64,000 nucleotides of DNA, taken from positions 1-64,000 of IMG/VR virus record IMGVR_UViG_3300030102_007626; one strand, 5' to 3'. The first letter of the stretch is position 1, and each line of letters begins with the position of its first letter. Under the pieces are notes generated by a model. The model saw nothing but the letters and a program-made list of their open reading frames with translations. It was not told the DNA's origin and searched no databases. A program made the position numbers and the translations under genes. This stretch comes from a virus. This document shows, piece after piece, positions 57,947 through 64,000 of this stretch.

Positions 57947-58681
57947 ATGGTTAATAAATTAGTTTTACAAAGTGTTATAAACAAATACTACCTTGGTGAG
58001 GTAGAATCTGTTAAATGGAAAATTCAAGATAAAGTCTTAACAATAGACTTTATGTCTATAAATAAAGAAGTAATAGGAAATATTACTCATACTGATATTG
58101 ATATTGAAGATAGTAATTTAGCAATCTTTGACACTAAAAAATTATTAAACCTAATAAATATCACCTCAGGTGATTTATTAATTAATCTAGAAAAAACAAA
58201 ATCTGTTTATACTAAATTATATCTTGCAGATAGTGATTTTAATTTAACTTATGCCTTATCTGATCCTTTACTTATAGCTAAACCAGGTACAGTAGATGAA
58301 CCCAAATGGGATATGGTTTTACCACTTGAAAAAGAACATGTAGATAATTTAATTAAAGCAAAATCTGCTTTAGCAGGTGTAGGTAATATGACTTTATCCC
58401 CTGATAAAGATTTAGATGGAGGTGATTTATGTGTTGTTACTTTTGGAGATGAACAAGGTCATAACAATAAAATTGTTTATAATTTGCTAGGTGACATAAG
58501 ACAAGCAGATGTAAGTATTCCATTTAATTCAGATATGTTTAAAACTATTTTAAATGCAAATAAAGATCTAGAAGATGGAACTTTATATTTAAGTTATCAA
58601 GGTTTACTTAAACTAGAATTTAAATCTGAAAACACTACAAGCACTTATTACATGATTCGTAAAGAAGAAAGTGCTTTTTGA
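57947..58681 (+). CDS. Sliding clamp (gp45/PCNA-like)
   Basis: 244 aa, beta-rich two-domain pattern, AIFD...LL, GLLKLEF...YYM; follows the polymerase. Confidence 0.7.
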   Translation: MVNKLVLQSVINKYYLGEVESVKWKIQDKVLTIDFMSINKEVIGNITHTDIDIEDSNLAIFDTKKLLNLINITSGDLLINLEKTKSVYTKLYLADSDFNLTYALSDPLLIAKPGTVDEPKWDMVLPLEKEHVDNLIKAKSALAGVGNMTLSPDKDLDGGDLCVVTFGDEQGHNNKIVYNLLGDIRQADVSIPFNSDMFKTILNANKDLEDGTLYLSYQGLLKLEFKSENTTSTYYMIRKEESAF

Positions 58682-58768
58682 TATGTATTAACAAATAACA
58701 TTGTAGCTAGAGCACAAGTTATATTTTTATAAACCCGAGCAGCTAAGGCGCTCACAAAAATTAATGAT

Positions 58769-59194
58769 ATGAGTACATTAGAATTTTATGAAAGACAACA
58801 TAGTCCTTTCGACATTTTATTCCGCAACTTTTTTAATGCGCAAGACCAATTTGCACCTGCATTAAATTCCAAACAACCACATCCATTAAATATTTTTTAT
58901 AATAGTAAAGGTCTCAATTTTGAGATTGCCTGCACTGGTTTAACTAAGAAAGATATTATAATAGATATTGAAGATGATGTATTAAAAATTAGTTATGAAA
59001 AAAATGACAAAAATGAAAATGTTCCTGAAGGGACAATTTATCATGGTTTGTCTAAAAAATCTTTTAACTTAGGGTATAAAATAGCCCCCAAATTTGATTT
59101 AGCCCAAACAGAAGCTAAACTGGAAAATGGGTTGCTTGAAGTATTTATTCCTTTAGCTGAAAGTTCAAAACCAAAATCAATTAAAATTAAGTAA
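58769..59194 (+). CDS. Small heat-shock protein Hsp20
   Basis: FEIACTGL.K.DI, HGLSKKSF, A.LENGLLEV.IP, PKSIKIK. Confidence 0.92.
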   Translation: MSTLEFYERQHSPFDILFRNFFNAQDQFAPALNSKQPHPLNIFYNSKGLNFEIACTGLTKKDIIIDIEDDVLKISYEKNDKNENVPEGTIYHGLSKKSFNLGYKIAPKFDLAQTEAKLENGLLEVFIPLAESSKPKSIKIK

Positions 59195-59265
59195 GTTTTA
59201 TTTAAAAAAGCGTGCTCTAGCGCAATTTTATTTGTACATTTATACGAACAAATTTAAATTTAGTT

Positions 59266-59618
59266 ATGCCAAAAACTACAAAAAGAGGACGTCCCTCAAA
59301 AGACACACAAACACAAAATTCATCTTATTGTACTATAAAAGACCCATTAATGGAACCCTTTTATATTTCTAAAGATGCAACAAATTTCACTGTAATAGAA
59401 AAATCGATTTCAACTAGAGGGTTTGCTGGAAGGAAAGCAACTGGAAAAGAAGTAGAAAAAGTAGTAGGTTATTATACAAGTTTTAAAAATGCTTTAAATA
59501 AAATAGCAAAAGAAAAATTCCATAATAACCCAGGTGAATTTAGTTCAATACAAGATTATATTAATTCTTGGGATGAAGTAAAAAATGGATTAGAAACAAT
59601 GTTAAATAAAGTAGAATT

Positions 59619-59622
<4 letters not shown>
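59266..59622 (+). CDS. Hypothetical protein
   Basis: DP.MEPFYI.KD..NFTV, GYYTSF.NAL; host-type promoter upstream. Confidence 0.7.
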
Positions 59623-61559
<1,937 letters not shown>

Positions 61560-61560
<1 letters not shown>

Positions 61561-61823
61561 TGCAGACAGAAAAAGTAGAGTATAATGAACTTATCGCAAC
61601 ACGAGTACCTCCTGGAGACCAGTGGGTGCTTGTGGGAGATAAGAAAAAAATTGTTCATAAAACAATAACTGATGCTTTAGAAGCATGGTTTGATAAAAAC
61701 CAAGAACAAGTTGAGTTTCGTTTAGCACCTCTAGATAGTAAACTCTATGTAATAAGAAGTGAGGAAAAAGAAATTATTCCTGAACCAACTAAAAGATACA
61801 ATATTTACGGGGACCCACTATAA
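61560..61823 (+). CDS. Hypothetical protein
   Basis: TAATG-coupled to groEL; RVPPGDQW motif. Confidence 0.7.
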
Positions 61824-61838
61824 TTGGTCCCTTTTTTT
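61810..61838 (+). terminator. Rho-independent terminator
   Basis: GGGACC-N10-GGTCCC followed by TTTTTTT. Confidence 0.75.
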
Positions 61839-61861
61839 ATATATTTATAACAAATAATTAA

Positions 61862-62713
61862 GTGGATAATTTTGATTTGAGAAAATATTTAGCTGAAAAT
61901 ATACTGTTTAAAGAAGATACTAGTGATAAAACTGCTATATTAATAGATGGTACATCATCTGCAGGAAAATCAATGGCTGCTTCATTATTAAAGGCTGTTC
62001 CTTTTTATAAAACAACAGATAAAAATCAATGGGTTCAAATAGATAGCGATATGTTTCAGGGGTTTGATAACGAAGCAGAAGAAAGAAGGTTAAAATTAGA
62101 CCATCCTAACATAAGGGATTGGGCTAAAGGTAATGAAGTGGGGATGACTTCGGGAATGTATAGAAAAGATGGTGTTGAGGATATACCAGAAAATCCTTAT
62201 GAAACAGAAAGACCATATAAAGGCGGAGACATTAGAGCTTGGTATATGGCTCAAGAATATAAAGTAGGTGGTTGGAAAAAAGTTATCTTTGATGACGTAT
62301 CTGATGATATATTAAAATATGTCCCTAATGTAAAACACGTATTATTGCATGCCCCTATTGAAATTTTGCTCCAAAACATACAAGCAAGGAAAGAAAAAGA
62401 CCCTAGAAAAATTGACATGGTGTTAGATCAATATTTAGAAAAATATAAAGCTACCCCTTCCAAACCAGATGAAAATGTAGGAGATCCAAATACCCCTTTA
62501 ACAAAAGAAGGATTAACAAAATTATTATCTCAACACACAACTGATCAAGAATATATTGATAAATTTATCAAAGAATTAGGGATTACTGGAGATGGTACTT
62601 ATTATATTAAAGCTAAAAATATAGATCCAAATAAAACAATAATAGTAAATGTAGATAAAGAGTCAAGAGCAGCAAATGTTCCTCCTGCTAAATTACAACA
62701 AATTTTTAAATAA
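61862..62713 (+). CDS. P-loop small-molecule kinase-like protein with MDNFDLRKYLAE leader
   Basis: Walker A IDGTSSAGKS, IDSD, VIFDD, LHAP.E.L..NI..R; GTG start after late motif. Confidence 0.65.
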   Translation: MDNFDLRKYLAENILFKEDTSDKTAILIDGTSSAGKSMAASLLKAVPFYKTTDKNQWVQIDSDMFQGFDNEAEERRLKLDHPNIRDWAKGNEVGMTSGMYRKDGVEDIPENPYETERPYKGGDIRAWYMAQEYKVGGWKKVIFDDVSDDILKYVPNVKHVLLHAPIEILLQNIQARKEKDPRKIDMVLDQYLEKYKATPSKPDENVGDPNTPLTKEGLTKLLSQHTTDQEYIDKFIKELGITGDGTYYIKAKNIDPNKTIIVNVDKESRAANVPPAKLQQIFK

Positions 62714-62727
62714 AAAAATAAAATAAT

Positions 62728-62991
62728 ATGGACAATTTTAATCTAAAAAAATACTTAGCTGAAAATAAACTTGACGAACCGTATATAGGTCAATTTGAAA
62801 GTAGAGCAGCAGAAAACTTAGCAAGAGCTCAAGCAAAATTTTCAAATGCTATTCTTGCTCTTAGATCAGACAATATTCGTACAGCAGAAGAAGCAGAAAA
62901 CGCATACTTAGCAATAGCTTACCATTTAAAAACTCATTTTAAAGAAAAATATCCTGATTATAGACCACACCCAACTATTGCCCAAATATGA
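62728..62991 (+). CDS. Hypothetical protein with MDNFNLKKYLAE leader
   Basis: Leader nearly identical to that of the preceding gene. Confidence 0.65.
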   Translation: MDNFNLKKYLAENKLDEPYIGQFESRAAENLARAQAKFSNAILALRSDNIRTAEEAENAYLAIAYHLKTHFKEKYPDYRPHPTIAQI

Positions 62992-63998
62992 AACTAATAG
63001 ACATTTTAAGAGAGGTAGAGGGTGAAGAAGATGGGATGAAGCAACTTAAGGTTCAATACGACCTTGCTATTCAACCTACAGATATACCAGCTGCATTAAA
63101 CGCTTTAGATAATATAGACAACTATGGTATCTATGCTCAAAACCTACGTGACCCAAAAGTTATAGATAAAATATTTGGTTTTTCTAATCCTGGTAAAAAA
63201 ACAGTCCAAGCTCAAACCGAATGGAATGAGATGACACCTGAAAAAAGGTTAAAAAAGATAGATCAAATAAAAAATGATAGGATTATAAAAGATCGTGAAG
63301 GGAATATTGTAAAAGATCTTGGAAAAGAAACTTGGAATAACACATTAAAACTTCTTGAAAAATATAAACCTTATCAAGAATGGGTAGAAGAAAATGGAGA
63401 TAATCCTGAAGAATATTTATCATCTTTAGATGGGGTAACAGCTGGCAGTTCAAAAGGTTTAAAATTGTTTGGAAGTAGAGCAGAAACATACTTTCCATTT
63501 AGATCCCCAGAAAACATGAAAAAGTACGCTGGTAGATTAGAAAAAGATGTCCATTTTATGGTAAAAGATGGTAAAATTGTTTTTCCATTAGAAAACAGCC
63601 CTTATAAACCAAAAGCATACTTACAAAAAGTAATGAAAACAATAATGGATAACTCAGGTTTAGAGTATGAAATTGTTGATGTTGAAAAAACAGATGATAA
63701 AGGAGAAGTAATTAAAAAACCTGAAAAAAAGGTAACACCACCTTTATCTGTAACAGCAGATACTTTAGATAAAGTTGAAAAAATTAGAAGCCAATTTCAA
63801 AAAGAAATTGGAGATGTTCCAACAGCAAACTACACAACTGAACCAGTTGAGGTAGATGGTAAAAGAAAATATAAACTAGTTGTAACAGGTATTTCACCTG
63901 ATCAAAGACAAAAATTATTAATTAAAAAAGCGTCATTAAAAGAAGGTGTAGAATTTGATTTAGATCTATATTTAATGCAAAAAAGAGCAGGATTATGA
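62988..63998 (+). CDS. Hypothetical protein with MKLIDILRE leader and C-terminal MQKRAGL motif
   Basis: ATGA-coupled; termini resemble head-protein motifs. Confidence 0.7.
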   Translation: MKLIDILREVEGEEDGMKQLKVQYDLAIQPTDIPAALNALDNIDNYGIYAQNLRDPKVIDKIFGFSNPGKKTVQAQTEWNEMTPEKRLKKIDQIKNDRIIKDREGNIVKDLGKETWNNTLKLLEKYKPYQEWVEENGDNPEEYLSSLDGVTAGSSKGLKLFGSRAETYFPFRSPENMKKYAGRLEKDVHFMVKDGKIVFPLENSPYKPKAYLQKVMKTIMDNSGLEYEIVDVEKTDDKGEVIKKPEKKVTPPLSVTADTLDKVEKIRSQFQKEIGDVPTANYTTEPVEVDGKRKYKLVVTGISPDQRQKLLIKKASLKEGVEFDLDLYLMQKRAGL

Positions 63999-64000
63999 AA

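Noticed and set aside
58700-58760. CIRCE/HrcA operator before the chaperone genes
   Set aside because: Does not match TTAGCACTC-N9-GAGTGCTAA; the inverted arms are about 500 nt apart.

Overview
This is a 64-kb, AT-rich, densely coding segment of a large T4-like myovirus genome. All credible genes are on the + strand, and the standard genetic code fits. The host is very probably a Bacteroidota/Flavobacteriia bacterium. Three lines of evidence support this: a T9SS C-terminal-domain protein, Gln-after-signal-peptide exported proteins, and TTG-spacer-TAnnTT promoters in A/T-rich leaders without obvious Shine-Dalgarno sites. Gene order is as follows. (1) Head module: protease, scaffold, major capsid, PhoH. 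(2) Fibre/spike module. (3) Neck, two tandem tail sheaths, tube, a chaperone pair joined by a likely programmed frameshift, tape measure, baseplate and a CHAP-like hydrolase. (4) Replication module: compact family A polymerase, SSB, UvsX/RecA, 5'-3' nuclease, helicase, class II RNR. (5) A late cell-envelope/lysis operon: holin-like protein, Cys-repeat T9SS cargo, outer-membrane beta-barrel, TM coiled-coil protein, Trx-like exported protein, endolysin. (6) A 7-deazaguanine DNA-modification cluster (DpdA-like, QueC, QueD, QueE, FolE2, MazG-like) in which QueC and QueD lack their usual Zn ligands. (7) A split family B polymerase with a small gene between the halves, sliding clamp, Hsp20, GroES, GroEL, and putative capsid-internal proteins with shared leader motifs. 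Best candidates for undescribed biology: the phage T9SS-cargo/OMP operon, the apparently Zn-sparing deazaguanine pathway, the +1/-2 tail-chaperone frameshift and a capsid-targeting leader system. All calls come from motif reading only; no database searches were run.
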